A stretch of DNA of 64,000 bases from the NCBI GenBank assembly GCA_041653115.1, contig JBAZGA010000002.1:27243-91242 (forward strand). The letters are read 5' to 3'. The DNA comes from Candidatus Omnitrophota bacterium (lineage in GTDB: Bacteria > Omnitrophota > Gorgyraeia > Gygaellales > Profunditerraquicolaceae). A program made the position numbers and the translations under genes. Positions 9,825-19,012 of this stretch are shown piece by piece (position 1 is the stretch's first letter; each line of letters starts with the position of its first letter). The notes under the pieces were generated by a model. It ran no database searches and was not told the origin of the DNA. It worked only from the letters and a program-made list of their open reading frames with translations.

Positions 9825-10090
9825 TTTTCTTCCTTTGATTCTTCCTTGGTCATCACGATGTCTTTCTTCGGACAGACTACTGCGCAGATACCGCAGCCCT
9901 TGCAGAAACCATAGTCACACATATAGGCGCCCTTTTCCGCTTCCTCAATACAGCCTTCCGGGCAATTCAGGGCGCACAATTTACAGCCGATACAGTCCTT
10001 GCGCAAAAATTTCGGCTTCATTTCCGTGCGCCAGGAGCCGGTTTTATTATTCCTGCTCGAACCCGGCTTAATAATCAACGGACCAAACAT
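9821..10090 (-). CDS. porD: pyruvate:ferredoxin oxidoreductase delta subunit (2x[4Fe-4S] ferredoxin)
   Basis: Two CxxCxxCxxxCP motifs (CIGCKLCALNCP, CKGCGICAVVCP). Confidence 0.8.
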   Translation of the reverse strand: MFGPLIIKPGSSRNNKTGSWRTEMKPKFLRKDCIGCKLCALNCPEGCIEEAEKGAYMCDYGFCKGCGICAVVCPKKDIVMTKEESKEEK

Positions 10091-10099
10091 TTCTCTCCT

Positions 10100-10645
10100 T
10101 TAGGCTTTATTCTTGATGAATTCAAAACCCTGCTTGGCTGCCGCAATATTTCCTTCTTGGGCCCTGCCGGCGAACCGCTTTTTAATCGCCTCAATCAGTG
10201 TCTCTAAATCTATTTCGCCTGTAGCTGCGGCGTAAGCGCCCAGTAAAGCGGTATTACCCAAAGGCCGGCCGATAGTCTTTAAGGCAATCTCATTGGCGGG
10301 AACAACAAAGACTTTTTGGCTCGCCTTTATTTTAGGGGCTTCTACGCCTTCCCTCTCGTTGACAATGGCAATACCTTTTTCCTGCAGGCCGAAAAAACAG
10401 TTAAACCCGCGCATCAGCGTAGCGTCAACTATAATCACATAATCCGGCTGGTAAATCTGGCTTCTTAAGCGCACCGGCTTAGTATCCACCCGCACAAAGG
10501 CATTCATCGGAGCGCCCATCCGCGCAGCGCCAAAATGCGGAAAGGCATAAGGATACATTCCTTTTAAAAAATAAGCGTAACCTAGGAGGGCGGCAGTAGT
10601 AATTGCTCCCTGTCCGGCGCGCGCGTGGATGCGGATTTCTTTCAT
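10100..10645 (-). CDS. porG: pyruvate:ferredoxin oxidoreductase gamma subunit
   Basis: 181 aa PorG-like N-terminus (IRIHARAGQGAITTAALL). Confidence 0.8.
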   Translation of the reverse strand: MKEIRIHARAGQGAITTAALLGYAYFLKGMYPYAFPHFGAARMGAPMNAFVRVDTKPVRLRSQIYQPDYVIIVDATLMRGFNCFFGLQEKGIAIVNEREGVEAPKIKASQKVFVVPANEIALKTIGRPLGNTALLGAYAAATGEIDLETLIEAIKKRFAGRAQEGNIAAAKQGFEFIKNKA

Positions 10646-10686
10646 TACTCGTTCTCCTGAAGGATTAAAGGCAAAATGATTTACCT

Positions 10687-10715
10687 ATAATATACTTTTT
10701 GCCTTGATTTGTCAA
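10687..10715 (-). promoter_or_regulatory. consensus sigma70 promoter for porGDAB (-35 TTGACA, 17 nt, -10 TATTAT)
   Basis: Reverse strand reads TTGACAaatcaaggcaaaaagtaTATTAT, about 35 nt upstream of the porG ATG, followed by AGGAGA SD. Confidence 0.55.
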
Positions 10716-10728
10716 ATAATTTATTTTT

Positions 10729-11760
10729 TTAGGTTTTCCTGACTAAAGCGGAGACCTGCGCAAGCAGCTGGAATATCCGGGCTGATTTCTGCGTATCCAG
10801 CGTGCCTAAGCCGCAACTGGGGCTAAGTAATAGGCGCTCTGACAACAAACTCTTATCCAGGCCCTTTTTTTCCAAGGCGCCGATGGCGCTCTTAATTTTA
10901 TCAAACAGTAAAGCAGGGGTTTCCTGAGCCGTGAATTCCTGCGTCGGCACGATCCCCCAGCAGATAATCCCGCCTCTTTCCAGGAATCCTTTGAGCTTAT
11001 CGGCGTAAAGCACGAATTTATCTAAAAAACCGAAAGCGTCAAAGTTGATAACATCTATGGACGCTACTTCCGTAAAAATAGACCAGTCGGTATTACCGCA
11101 GCAGTGCACGCCGATTAAAATATCTTCTTGTTTTATCCCCTCCGTAAATTCGCTTAAGACCTTGACTACTTCTTCCCTGTTGACAGGCGTATAAGCAGAA
11201 CCGAAACAGCCCAGGTACGGTTCATCTATAAAGATAATGATTTTCTTTCCGAACTCCCGGAAAAGCCTTATCTGCCAGAGTGCTTTCATCGTCAACCCCT
11301 TGATAATCGCCTGCATCAATGTTTGATCATGCAAGAGGGCGATATTCTGCTCGTCATTTACTGCGGCGGCAAAAGTAAAGGGGCCGGTAACCTGGCATTT
11401 AATAAACTCTGCGCCTGCGAGCCCGGATCCTTTTAGCTTTTGAAGAAATTTATGCAGGCCTGCGGCAAAATCAGGGCTGATTTTAAAATATTCTATATCC
11501 TGCTCAATGAGCTTAGCGTAGAATCCTTCCAGTTCTTTTTCTTTATCCCGGGGGTCAAAAACCAAGCCCTTCTCGTTTACCTTAAGGCAGGGCAGGCCTT
11601 CGCTGAATTGCGCGACCATCCCTTCGCGGATATTTCTTTTCGGCAGTTGCGGCCAGAAAGGAATTTCAGGGCAGTATTTAAAAATTAAGTCCAGGGCCTC
11701 ATCCGCGTTTTGATGCGGCAGGCTGCCTATCCCGGTAGCTAATCCTTTTAATTTCGCCAT
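10729..11760 (-). CDS. cobalamin-independent methionine synthase C-terminal-domain-like (MetE/UroD-fold) protein
   Basis: 343 aa; IGSLPH near the N-terminus and HCCGN, consistent with the Zn-binding MetE C-terminal domain family. Confidence 0.5.
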   Translation of the reverse strand: MAKLKGLATGIGSLPHQNADEALDLIFKYCPEIPFWPQLPKRNIREGMVAQFSEGLPCLKVNEKGLVFDPRDKEKELEGFYAKLIEQDIEYFKISPDFAAGLHKFLQKLKGSGLAGAEFIKCQVTGPFTFAAAVNDEQNIALLHDQTLMQAIIKGLTMKALWQIRLFREFGKKIIIFIDEPYLGCFGSAYTPVNREEVVKVLSEFTEGIKQEDILIGVHCCGNTDWSIFTEVASIDVINFDAFGFLDKFVLYADKLKGFLERGGIICWGIVPTQEFTAQETPALLFDKIKSAIGALEKKGLDKSLLSERLLLSPSCGLGTLDTQKSARIFQLLAQVSALVRKT

Positions 11761-12057
11761 TTAAACCAATCCCGGTAAATTGAAACCGGTAATCTCCTTC
11801 ATCTTCTGCGCGGCGATATCATGCGAACGCTTGATTGCCCTATTATAAGCGTCTTTCAGCGCTTTTTCAAGGGCGGCCTTATCTAAACCCCGGATCTCGC
11901 CCTGAATAACGATATCTTTTAGTTCCTGCGCGCCGTTCATCGTAATCTTCACCAGGCCGTCAGAGCTGGCAATCTCAAAGCTGGCATTATCCAGCTCGCG
12001 CTTCATCTCCTGCGCCTTTTTCTGCATCTCCATCAATTGCTTCATTTTATCAAACAT
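11761..12057 (-). CDS. ybaB: nucleoid-associated protein YbaB/EbfC
   Basis: 98 aa; typical KQLMEMQKKAQEMKREL start and GFNLPG end. Confidence 0.85.
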   Translation of the reverse strand: MFDKMKQLMEMQKKAQEMKRELDNASFEIASSDGLVKITMNGAQELKDIVIQGEIRGLDKAALEKALKDAYNRAIKRSHDIAAQKMKEITGFNLPGLV

Positions 12058-12107
12058 AAATACTCCTTGGTAGCACCTTTCCGATTGGTTTTAAAAACGG
12101 TTTACGG

Positions 12108-12683
12108 TTAAAAGCCAAGGGACTCGCCTACTAAAATTACCTGCAATCTACCGGGGCTGGCTTCTGCCTCGATAACCAAAACCTGGCAGCACATCTGCCG
12201 CGACTTATCCCAATTCAGGCGCTTGTAATTCAGCGGCGTGGCGTATTCTCTGGCGCGCTTAATCGCCGATTCCAGGTCCGGCGTCAATTTGTTGGCTCCG
12301 CAGACGACAATCACATTTTTGGCGTTGGAAATCCCGGCAATCCGCTGGCCCCAGGCGCTTAAAAAAACCATTTCGCCGTTTAGGGAAACTGCGTTGGCGC
12401 TGGTGAGATAATAATCCGCTAAGGCGCCCTGCTGCCGCAGCTTCATACTTTCTTCTCCGGTGATTCCCGGCCTGCCCTGGTTAAACACCTGATTTCCCCG
12501 CCCTTCCAGCTGAGCGACTATCCCAAGCTCACCCAGCGTAACCGAACCGGAAATCCCGACGCTGGCAGAAAGCGGAATTAATTCCAGCAATTTCTCCGCC
12601 GCTTCTTTTTTATCCGCGCAATAAAGACCCCGGATATTGTGTTTCTGCCAATTCAGGAGCAACTCTTCTATTTTCTTATCCAT
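12108..12683 (-). CDS. LUD-domain (LutC/YkgG-like) protein
   Basis: 191 aa with LUD-domain pattern (GISGSV..GE.G, VVCGANK); overlaps pncB by 8 nt. Confidence 0.6.
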   Translation of the reverse strand: MDKKIEELLLNWQKHNIRGLYCADKKEAAEKLLELIPLSASVGISGSVTLGELGIVAQLEGRGNQVFNQGRPGITGEESMKLRQQGALADYYLTSANAVSLNGEMVFLSAWGQRIAGISNAKNVIVVCGANKLTPDLESAIKRAREYATPLNYKRLNWDKSRQMCCQVLVIEAEASPGRLQVILVGESLGF

Positions 12684-14037
12684 CTGCCTGCCTTGCTCCT
12701 AGCTGATGCGTTAAGTTCTGCCTTAAATTCTTCAGCCCGGGGCTGATTACTACCGGGTATTTATGCCTGGAGTAAACTCCTTTCAGGGCCTCTGGAAACC
12801 GGGAAAGGTTATTCGCGGCATACGACCTCGCCTTCTTCAAGGGCGGCGGCCGGTAAATCACCCTGCCCTTTTCCACCACCTTTATTAAGAGGGGCCTGCC
12901 TTTTATTTTTTCTTTTTCCAGGCCTAAAATATCCTTCATAAACTTGCCCTTTTTGTCCTGCAGGCGAAATACCTGTTTTCTCCCCGGATAGGTAACTTTT
13001 CCCTGGCTTAATTTCATCGTCGGCAAAAAATTCCCCTCTTCATCGGTAACTTCGCTGATTTTATAAATTACATCCAGGCAGGGCGCGTCAATGCTGGTGC
13101 CCATATTCGTCCCTACGCCGAAACTGTCTATCCGGGCACCCTGCTCAAGCAGGGCTTTTATCTTAAATTCATCTAAATTACCGCTGGCAAAAATCTGCAC
13201 ATCATTTAAACCGGCCTCATCCAGCGCCTTCCTGGCAAACTTAGACAAGGAAACAATGTCGCCGCTGTCTAATCTGATTCCTTTCAGGCGGTATTTTTTT
13301 TCCTGAAGATATCTGCCGATAATGACGGCATGCTCAATGCCTTTTTTTGTATCATAAGTATCCACCAAAAGGATGGTTTTGCCGGGAAAGCTGTTGCTGT
13401 AAGCAAGAAAACTATCCATCTCGTGCTTAAAAGACATCACGTATGAATGCGCCATTGTCCCTGCCACCGGTATTTTATAAAGTTTACCGGCTAAAACATT
13501 GGAGGTGCCGGCTGCTCCGGCGAGATAAGCGCTGCGGCTGGCTTTCAGTGCCGCGTCTTGGCCGTGCGTCCTCCTTAAGGAAAAGTCAAAAACCTTTCTT
13601 CCTTTGGCAGCAGAAACTACGCGGCTGGCTTTACTGGCAATCATCGTCTGGAGGTTCAGCGTATTCAGGAGGAAACTTTCGATAATCTGCGCTTCGATAA
13701 TCCGGCCGGTAACCCGGATAAGCGGCTCCTGGGCAAAAAAGAGTGTGCCCTCCGGCATTGCCCAGATATCGCCGCGAAAGCGGAAATTATTCAGATATTC
13801 CAGGAAGCCGGCCGAGAAAAGCCCCAGCCTTTTTAAATAGACCAGGTCGTCTTTAGTGAACTTGAGGTTTTTGATGTAATTTAAAATATCCTCCAGCCCG
13901 CAGGCAACTAAATATGCGCGGTTTAAGGGGAGCTCCCGGACGAATAAATCAAAGGTGGCAGAGGCGTCCCTTTTATAGGTAAAATAACTCTCTGCCATGG
14001 TCAGTTCGTATAAATCCAACAGCAAAGAAATTTTCAT
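12676..14037 (-). CDS. pncB: nicotinate phosphoribosyltransferase
   Basis: 453 aa; N-terminus LLDLYELTMAESYF and NAPRTase-family motifs. Confidence 0.8.
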   Translation of the reverse strand: MKISLLLDLYELTMAESYFTYKRDASATFDLFVRELPLNRAYLVACGLEDILNYIKNLKFTKDDLVYLKRLGLFSAGFLEYLNNFRFRGDIWAMPEGTLFFAQEPLIRVTGRIIEAQIIESFLLNTLNLQTMIASKASRVVSAAKGRKVFDFSLRRTHGQDAALKASRSAYLAGAAGTSNVLAGKLYKIPVAGTMAHSYVMSFKHEMDSFLAYSNSFPGKTILLVDTYDTKKGIEHAVIIGRYLQEKKYRLKGIRLDSGDIVSLSKFARKALDEAGLNDVQIFASGNLDEFKIKALLEQGARIDSFGVGTNMGTSIDAPCLDVIYKISEVTDEEGNFLPTMKLSQGKVTYPGRKQVFRLQDKKGKFMKDILGLEKEKIKGRPLLIKVVEKGRVIYRPPPLKKARSYAANNLSRFPEALKGVYSRHKYPVVISPGLKNLRQNLTHQLGARQADG

Positions 14038-14043
14038 TTTCTT

Positions 14044-14553
14044 TTATTTCGCAAGCAACGCTTTGTATTCTCGCTGGGGGAAATAATTGTCCTTAAAGAC
14101 AATGTTCCCGGCCTTGTCAACAAGGACATAGGTAGGCACGCCGACAACTCCGTAAGCGCTGGAAATACCGGTATCTCTATCCAACAGCACGCGATAGGCC
14201 AAATTAAAATCCTGGATAAAATTAGTTACCGTATCCGGAAGCTCTCCGGCATTTATGGCCAAGAGCTCGATGCCGTCTTTTACCAGGTTTTGATATGCAT
14301 TATTCAATACGCTCAATTCCCTCTCGCAAAAAGGGCACCAGGTTGTCCAGAAAAATAAAAGCACCGGCTGTTCGCCTTTATAATCCTTTAAGGCAACGAT
14401 ATCCTGATAAGTATCCTGGAGTTTAAAGTCCGGGGCAGGCAGGCGTTTTTTTACGGCAACACCCTGGGCAGCTGCTTTACCGGCCAGGCAAACGCCGAAA
14501 ACAAAAGTCAATACCAGAAACACGCTAATGAAACTCTTCAGGCAATTTCTCAT
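14044..14553 (-). CDS. secreted thioredoxin-fold thiol:disulfide oxidoreductase (TlpA/ResA-like)
   Basis: Signal peptide plus WCPFC active site. Confidence 0.7.
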   Translation of the reverse strand: MRNCLKSFISVFLVLTFVFGVCLAGKAAAQGVAVKKRLPAPDFKLQDTYQDIVALKDYKGEQPVLLFFWTTWCPFCERELSVLNNAYQNLVKDGIELLAINAGELPDTVTNFIQDFNLAYRVLLDRDTGISSAYGVVGVPTYVLVDKAGNIVFKDNYFPQREYKALLAK

Positions 14554-14555
14554 CT

Positions 14556-15218
14556 TTAAAGCCTCCTTATGGCAATAAATATAAAATATACCCCTATGGC
14601 AATCAAAATAAAGGCGCCTGATTTTTTTATATATACCATGCGCTTCCCCAGCTTGGGCAGGTTAATCAAAAGAGAGCTAAAGGTTCCGGCCAGGATTAAA
14701 ACCAGGCCCATGCCGAAGGCAAAAGTAAATAATAAGCTCGCCCCGTAAAATATATTCTGTTTTGCCGCCAGGTAGACCAGAATCGCTCCCAATGCCGGGG
14801 CAGTACAGGGAGAAATAATCAAGCCGGAAGCCAGGCCGAGCAAGAATATGGAAAAATAGCTTTTTTCCTTCAGCACCGGCGATTTAATGAAACGCGGCAG
14901 GGGAATTATATCCAGCATCGACAATCCAAAAACGATGATCAGCGCCCCGGTGAAAATACGCGTGAGAGGGTGTGCGCTGATGACGCCAAAGATTTTTCCG
15001 GTCAAAGAAGCAACCAGGCCTAATATAGAATAGGTAACGGCGATGCCGGCAACATAAGCCAGGCTTAAAGTAAACCCCTGGAACTTCTTTGTCTCCGCCT
15101 TTATCCCGATATAACCCAGGATAACCGGAATCAGCGGGTATACGCAGGGAGTAAAGCTGATACCCACGCCTCCTAAAAATGCCCCTAAATAATTCAGCGG
15201 GTTAGCGCAGGGATTCAT
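14556..15218 (-). CDS. ccdA: cytochrome c-type biogenesis / thiol-disulfide transporter CcdA (DsbD beta-domain family)
   Basis: Polytopic membrane protein with two conserved Cys-Pro sites in TM segments (TPCVYP, SPCTAP). Confidence 0.75.
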   Translation of the reverse strand: MNPCANPLNYLGAFLGGVGISFTPCVYPLIPVILGYIGIKAETKKFQGFTLSLAYVAGIAVTYSILGLVASLTGKIFGVISAHPLTRIFTGALIIVFGLSMLDIIPLPRFIKSPVLKEKSYFSIFLLGLASGLIISPCTAPALGAILVYLAAKQNIFYGASLLFTFAFGMGLVLILAGTFSSLLINLPKLGKRMVYIKKSGAFILIAIGVYFIFIAIRRL

Positions 15219-15513
15219 CCAGCCACCTCAGGTAATCCCGGCTGCCGCCGATGATGGGCAAAGCGATTATTTCAGGGACCCGATAACTATGCAAAGATTT
15301 CACCAATTTAATAACCTGATTTAATTTCGCCGCTTTGGATTTTACGATTAAAAGCGCTTCGCAGGCGCAATCTATTTTTTTCTGCCACCAGAAAACCGAT
15401 TCTATTTTATCGATGATATTTACGCAGGCAGCCAGCCTTTTTTCCACGAGCGCGCGGCTGATACGGCCGGCTTCTTTTTTATCGGCGGCGGTAATAAAAA
15501 CTACGATCTGCAT
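15202..15513 (-). CDS. cutA: divalent-cation tolerance protein CutA
   Basis: 103 aa CutA1 signature (AACVNI...SVFWW). Confidence 0.8.
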   Translation of the reverse strand: MQIVVFITAADKKEAGRISRALVEKRLAACVNIIDKIESVFWWQKKIDCACEALLIVKSKAAKLNQVIKLVKSLHSYRVPEIIALPIIGGSRDYLRWLDESLR

Positions 15514-15517
15514 AAGA

Positions 15518-15988
15518 TTAGAGTTTCTTGGCTAATTCAGCTATTCTCTGCCCGAGCCTGACGCACTCTCTGGTGGCGCGGTTGTCAGGCGCTCCGATAG
15601 CTACCGGGCCGTAATGGTCGCCCTGGGGGTCACCCTGGATAATCATACCATGAATGAGCATGGCATTCAAGATGTCTAATATCGTAGTCTCATTGCCGCC
15701 TGCGATATTGGCGCTGGATGAGAATGCCGCGCCGATTTTTCCGTCAAGCCGGCCGTGGAATTTGACCGATTCATCCAGGAGCTTTTTAATTTGGGCGGCC
15801 ATTGTCCCGTAATAAGTAGGCGAGCCGATGATGATGGCCTCATATTTCAGTAATTCTTCGGCCTTTGTGTCCTGTACGTCTTTTACCGTTGCCTCGACCT
15901 GCTCTTTCTTTATTCCCTCCGCAATGGCTTCTGCCATCTTTTTGGTGTTGCCGGTAGCGGAATAATAAATGATTAGCGCCTTTGCCAT
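15518..15988 (-). CDS. flavodoxin-like FMN-binding protein
   Basis: N-terminal flavodoxin signature LIIYYSATGNTKKMAE; 156 aa. Confidence 0.65.
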   Translation of the reverse strand: MAKALIIYYSATGNTKKMAEAIAEGIKKEQVEATVKDVQDTKAEELLKYEAIIIGSPTYYGTMAAQIKKLLDESVKFHGRLDGKIGAAFSSSANIAGGNETTILDILNAMLIHGMIIQGDPQGDHYGPVAIGAPDNRATRECVRLGQRIAELAKKL

Positions 15989-16231
15989 TTATGCCGTCCC
16001 TCCTTCATTTACTTTTACCGTCTTTATCCTTCCTAAGTCGGCGCAGATATCAAAAATAACCGTGGGGTCCTGGGTAGAAATAGAGACTTTAAAGTCTTCG
16101 CCGCTTGCCGGATTATCCTCTCTTAAGGGAGAAATCTGCAGATTATCCCCAAACTCTACGAGGGAATTCCTGATTACCTCCTGCGACGCATGGTGAGTGT
16201 TGAGGATAAATTCCAAATGATAGCTATGCAT
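15989..16231 (-). CDS. small hypothetical protein (possibly YbeD/DUF493-like)
   Basis: 80-aa ORF tightly packed between cobB and the flavodoxin gene; weak pattern similarity to the YbeD family only. Confidence 0.3.
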   Translation of the reverse strand: MHSYHLEFILNTHHASQEVIRNSLVEFGDNLQISPLREDNPASGEDFKVSISTQDPTVIFDICADLGRIKTVKVNEGGTA

Positions 16232-17036
16232 ATCCTGATACGTTTAGAATTTCAGGGAGAATCCTGCTTGCCTGGCCGATAATTTTATATTCACATAAGT
16301 AGGATAAGGCCGAGACCTCGTTATTTATCTCGATGAGTTTTGCGCCCAGCTTTTTAGCGTGTGAAGGCAGGGCTGCCGCCGGATAGACAACCAAAGATGT
16401 GCCGATTAATAAGAGCGTCAGGCATTCGCTTAGTTCTCTGTAGGCGCGCATCAGCTCATCTTCAGACAGCATTTCCCCGAATAAAACAATATCAATGCGG
16501 TATCTGCCGCCGCAACCACAACGCGGGAAATAACGGCTAAGAATCCTCAACAGCCCTATCCGCGACCGCTTTATTTTCAGCAGCTCCACCAGCTCTCTCA
16601 GCCTGTCTTTTTCCAGGGTAATGGTTTTCCCGCAGCGCATACACCTGATCCTGAAGGCGCTGCCGTGCAGCTCAATGACATTACGGCTGCCTGCCTGCTG
16701 ATGCAGGTTATCGATATTCTGCGTAATTACGCCGGTTAAAATATTCTTTTTTTCTAACTCTGCCAGGGCAAGATGCCCCGCGTTCGGCCGGGCCTCCAAC
16801 AATACCGTATAAAAATCGACCAGAAAATCCGCGATTTTTTCCGGCTCCCTTCTCAGCAGAGAAATCAGGCCCTGGGCATGGGCGTAAATTTTCGGGTCGT
16901 ATTTTTCCCATAAGCCGCCTTTACCCCTGAAAGTCGGGATATTGCTCTCCGCAGAAATGCCTGCGCCGGTCAGGCAGGCAACTCTTCCTTTTTTAAAATT
17001 ATCCCGGATGTAGTCTTTAGCCTTTTCCGGTATCAT
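16224..17036 (-). CDS. cobB: NAD-dependent protein deacylase (sirtuin, CobB type)
   Basis: GAGISAESNIPTFRG, TQNIDNLH and CxxC...CxxC Zn module; housekeeping CobB architecture. Confidence 0.85.
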   Translation of the reverse strand: MIPEKAKDYIRDNFKKGRVACLTGAGISAESNIPTFRGKGGLWEKYDPKIYAHAQGLISLLRREPEKIADFLVDFYTVLLEARPNAGHLALAELEKKNILTGVITQNIDNLHQQAGSRNVIELHGSAFRIRCMRCGKTITLEKDRLRELVELLKIKRSRIGLLRILSRYFPRCGCGGRYRIDIVLFGEMLSEDELMRAYRELSECLTLLLIGTSLVVYPAAALPSHAKKLGAKLIEINNEVSALSYLCEYKIIGQASRILPEILNVSGYA

Positions 17037-17740
17037 CTGAGCATAATTACCGACATCATCCTTCCGGCCTTGCCTGCTTCTATGCGGTAAGAAAAATATT
17101 TGTCATTCCGGCAGGAAGTGCAGATCTTACAATCCGATATATTCTTTCCGGCCACGCCGGCATCTAAAAGCTCGCCTTTATTGACACCGGCTAAATCCAG
17201 GTAATTACGGCCCTTTCTCTCTATTATTCCGCCGGGAAAATAACCCCTAAATTCCGCTCCTACTTCATAACAGCATTCTCTGATTGCCGGGCCGAAACCC
17301 GCCAATAAATCCCGGGACCGGGTGTCAAATTTATCCTGCATTACCCGGATGGCTTCTCTGACAATATTACCTTTCGTGCTCTGCCAGCCGGCATGGACTA
17401 TGCCGACAGCCAAACGCCGCGGGTCATACAAAAAAACCGAAAGGCAGTCCGCGGTAAAGACCGCCAGCGCTAAGTTTTTTTTATCGGTGACCAAGGCGTC
17501 GGTATCAGCCAAAGCCGTAGCGTAAGATAAGGCGCCTTTACCTTTGTCGCTCTCTCCGGCATAGCGGACGCCGACCCCATGAACCTGCCTGGCGCAGACG
17601 AGCTGGCGGTAATCAATGCCTAATCCGCTTAAAAAAATCTCGCGGTTCTTCAGCGAGTCCAGAGTGTCGCCGTAAGCCAAAGACATATTCTCGGGCCTTT
17701 GGCTAAAAGCGCAGATTAAATTAGGGGTACGAAAAATCAT
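17033..17740 (-). CDS. pgeF: purine nucleoside phosphorylase / peptidoglycan editing factor PgeF (YfiH, DUF152 laccase-like)
   Basis: DUF152 motifs (HGVGVRYAGES, HAGW); 4-nt overlap with cobB. Confidence 0.8.
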   Translation of the reverse strand: MIFRTPNLICAFSQRPENMSLAYGDTLDSLKNREIFLSGLGIDYRQLVCARQVHGVGVRYAGESDKGKGALSYATALADTDALVTDKKNLALAVFTADCLSVFLYDPRRLAVGIVHAGWQSTKGNIVREAIRVMQDKFDTRSRDLLAGFGPAIRECCYEVGAEFRGYFPGGIIERKGRNYLDLAGVNKGELLDAGVAGKNISDCKICTSCRNDKYFSYRIEAGKAGRMMSVIMLR

Positions 17741-18030
17741 TTTTTTAATGCTGTGCGGTAGGCATCCATGATACTGTATATGCCGATAATGCAGATAGAG
17801 ATTAAGCCAATGCTGAATAAAATCCCGCCGAGAAGAACCGCCCCCGGAAAAAGCGGCTTTCCCAAAAGCCAGAGGCCGATAAACACGGCTCCCACGATAA
17901 AAACCAAAAGGCCGAGCGCGGAAAGAAACATCATTACCAGGCCCTTAGTGATTTGGCCGTTATAGAGCTGGCCTAAACCGTTAAAAAGAAAAGAAAGAAC
18001 CGCGGCCAATCCCGGATGCTGCTCCATCAA
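17737..18030 (-). CDS. small membrane protein, TM2-domain-like
   Basis: 97 aa with two hydrophobic helices and an FNGLGQLYNGQ motif resembling TM2/NINE family loops. Confidence 0.4.
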   Translation of the reverse strand: MMEQHPGLAAVLSFLFNGLGQLYNGQITKGLVMMFLSALGLLVFIVGAVFIGLWLLGKPLFPGAVLLGGILFSIGLISICIIGIYSIMDAYRTALKK

Positions 18031-18037
18031 GATCTCC

Positions 18038-18970
18038 TTATTTTTTCTCTACGGATTTTGTCTCATGGATATCGCTCAAGCGGTCGGAAAACCTCTCCAG
18101 CCTCTTCTGGCTGTCTTCGTATTTGCGGCTGGCATTGGAGAGATGCCCGCCCAAAAGCGCGAAATCTTCTTTCAGCCTGCCGATTTCGTTGGCGAGCGCG
18201 CTTAAATTCTTTAAGATGACTTTGGCATTCTCTTCTACCTTCAAGCCCTTCAGCCCCAGGCAAATTACCTGCAGGTAGGCGTAGAATGTATTGGGAGAAA
18301 TGGGGATGACTTTTTTGGAAATGCAGTAGGAAAGCGCGTCTTCCTTAATGATGATCTCGTAATAGACATTTTCCGCCGGTATATACATCAGGGCGAAATC
18401 ATAGGTATTCTCCTGCGGCAAAATATATTTTGCGGCGATTTCGTCGATACGGTTCTTGACATCCTGGGTAAATTTCTTGCGGAAGGCGTTCTTCTCATGC
18501 TCGTCAAGGGCGTTTAATGACTTCTGGAAATTCTCCAGGCTGAACTTGGCGTCAATCGGCACCAGCCGCTCGCCCAGGCGGATGACCGCGTCCACGGCGT
18601 CGCCGGTTTTAAAGCGGTATTGCATCTGGTAATAATCCTTAGGCAGGACTTGTGATAACAGGTTCTCCAGGAGCGTCTCGCCCATCTGGCCCCTGAATTT
18701 CGGCACGCGCAAAAGCTCCTGAAGGCTGGAGATGTCCTTGCTGATTTCTACAATCTGTTCATTAGTCTTTTCCAGGCGGCCTAATTTCTCCTGGACATTA
18801 CCGAAGATATCTGTAGTGCTGCTTAAGCTCTGGCCGATGATTTTATTTGCCTCCTGCAGGGATTGGCTCATCTGGTTCAGCCGCTCATTGACCTGGGAAG
18901 AAATCTTCAGGGCCAGGCCGATAATTACTACCGCCAAAAATAGAAAAAATATCCCGATAATCCAAAACAT
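18038..18970 (-). CDS. rmuC: DNA recombination protein RmuC
   Basis: N-terminal TM, coiled coil, and RmuC C-terminal nuclease-like region. Confidence 0.8.
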   Translation of the reverse strand: MFWIIGIFFLFLAVVIIGLALKISSQVNERLNQMSQSLQEANKIIGQSLSSTTDIFGNVQEKLGRLEKTNEQIVEISKDISSLQELLRVPKFRGQMGETLLENLLSQVLPKDYYQMQYRFKTGDAVDAVIRLGERLVPIDAKFSLENFQKSLNALDEHEKNAFRKKFTQDVKNRIDEIAAKYILPQENTYDFALMYIPAENVYYEIIIKEDALSYCISKKVIPISPNTFYAYLQVICLGLKGLKVEENAKVILKNLSALANEIGRLKEDFALLGGHLSNASRKYEDSQKRLERFSDRLSDIHETKSVEKK

Positions 18971-19012
18971 GCTCTTTCCTTTATATTCAGTATAGCACTC
19001 TCTGCTATTTTC

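Noticed and set aside
16224-17036. Sir2-domain protein as a possible anti-phage (ThsA/DSR-like) effector
   Set aside because: It is a 270-aa canonical CobB-type deacylase with a Zn module and no SLOG or other effector domains, in a housekeeping neighbourhood.
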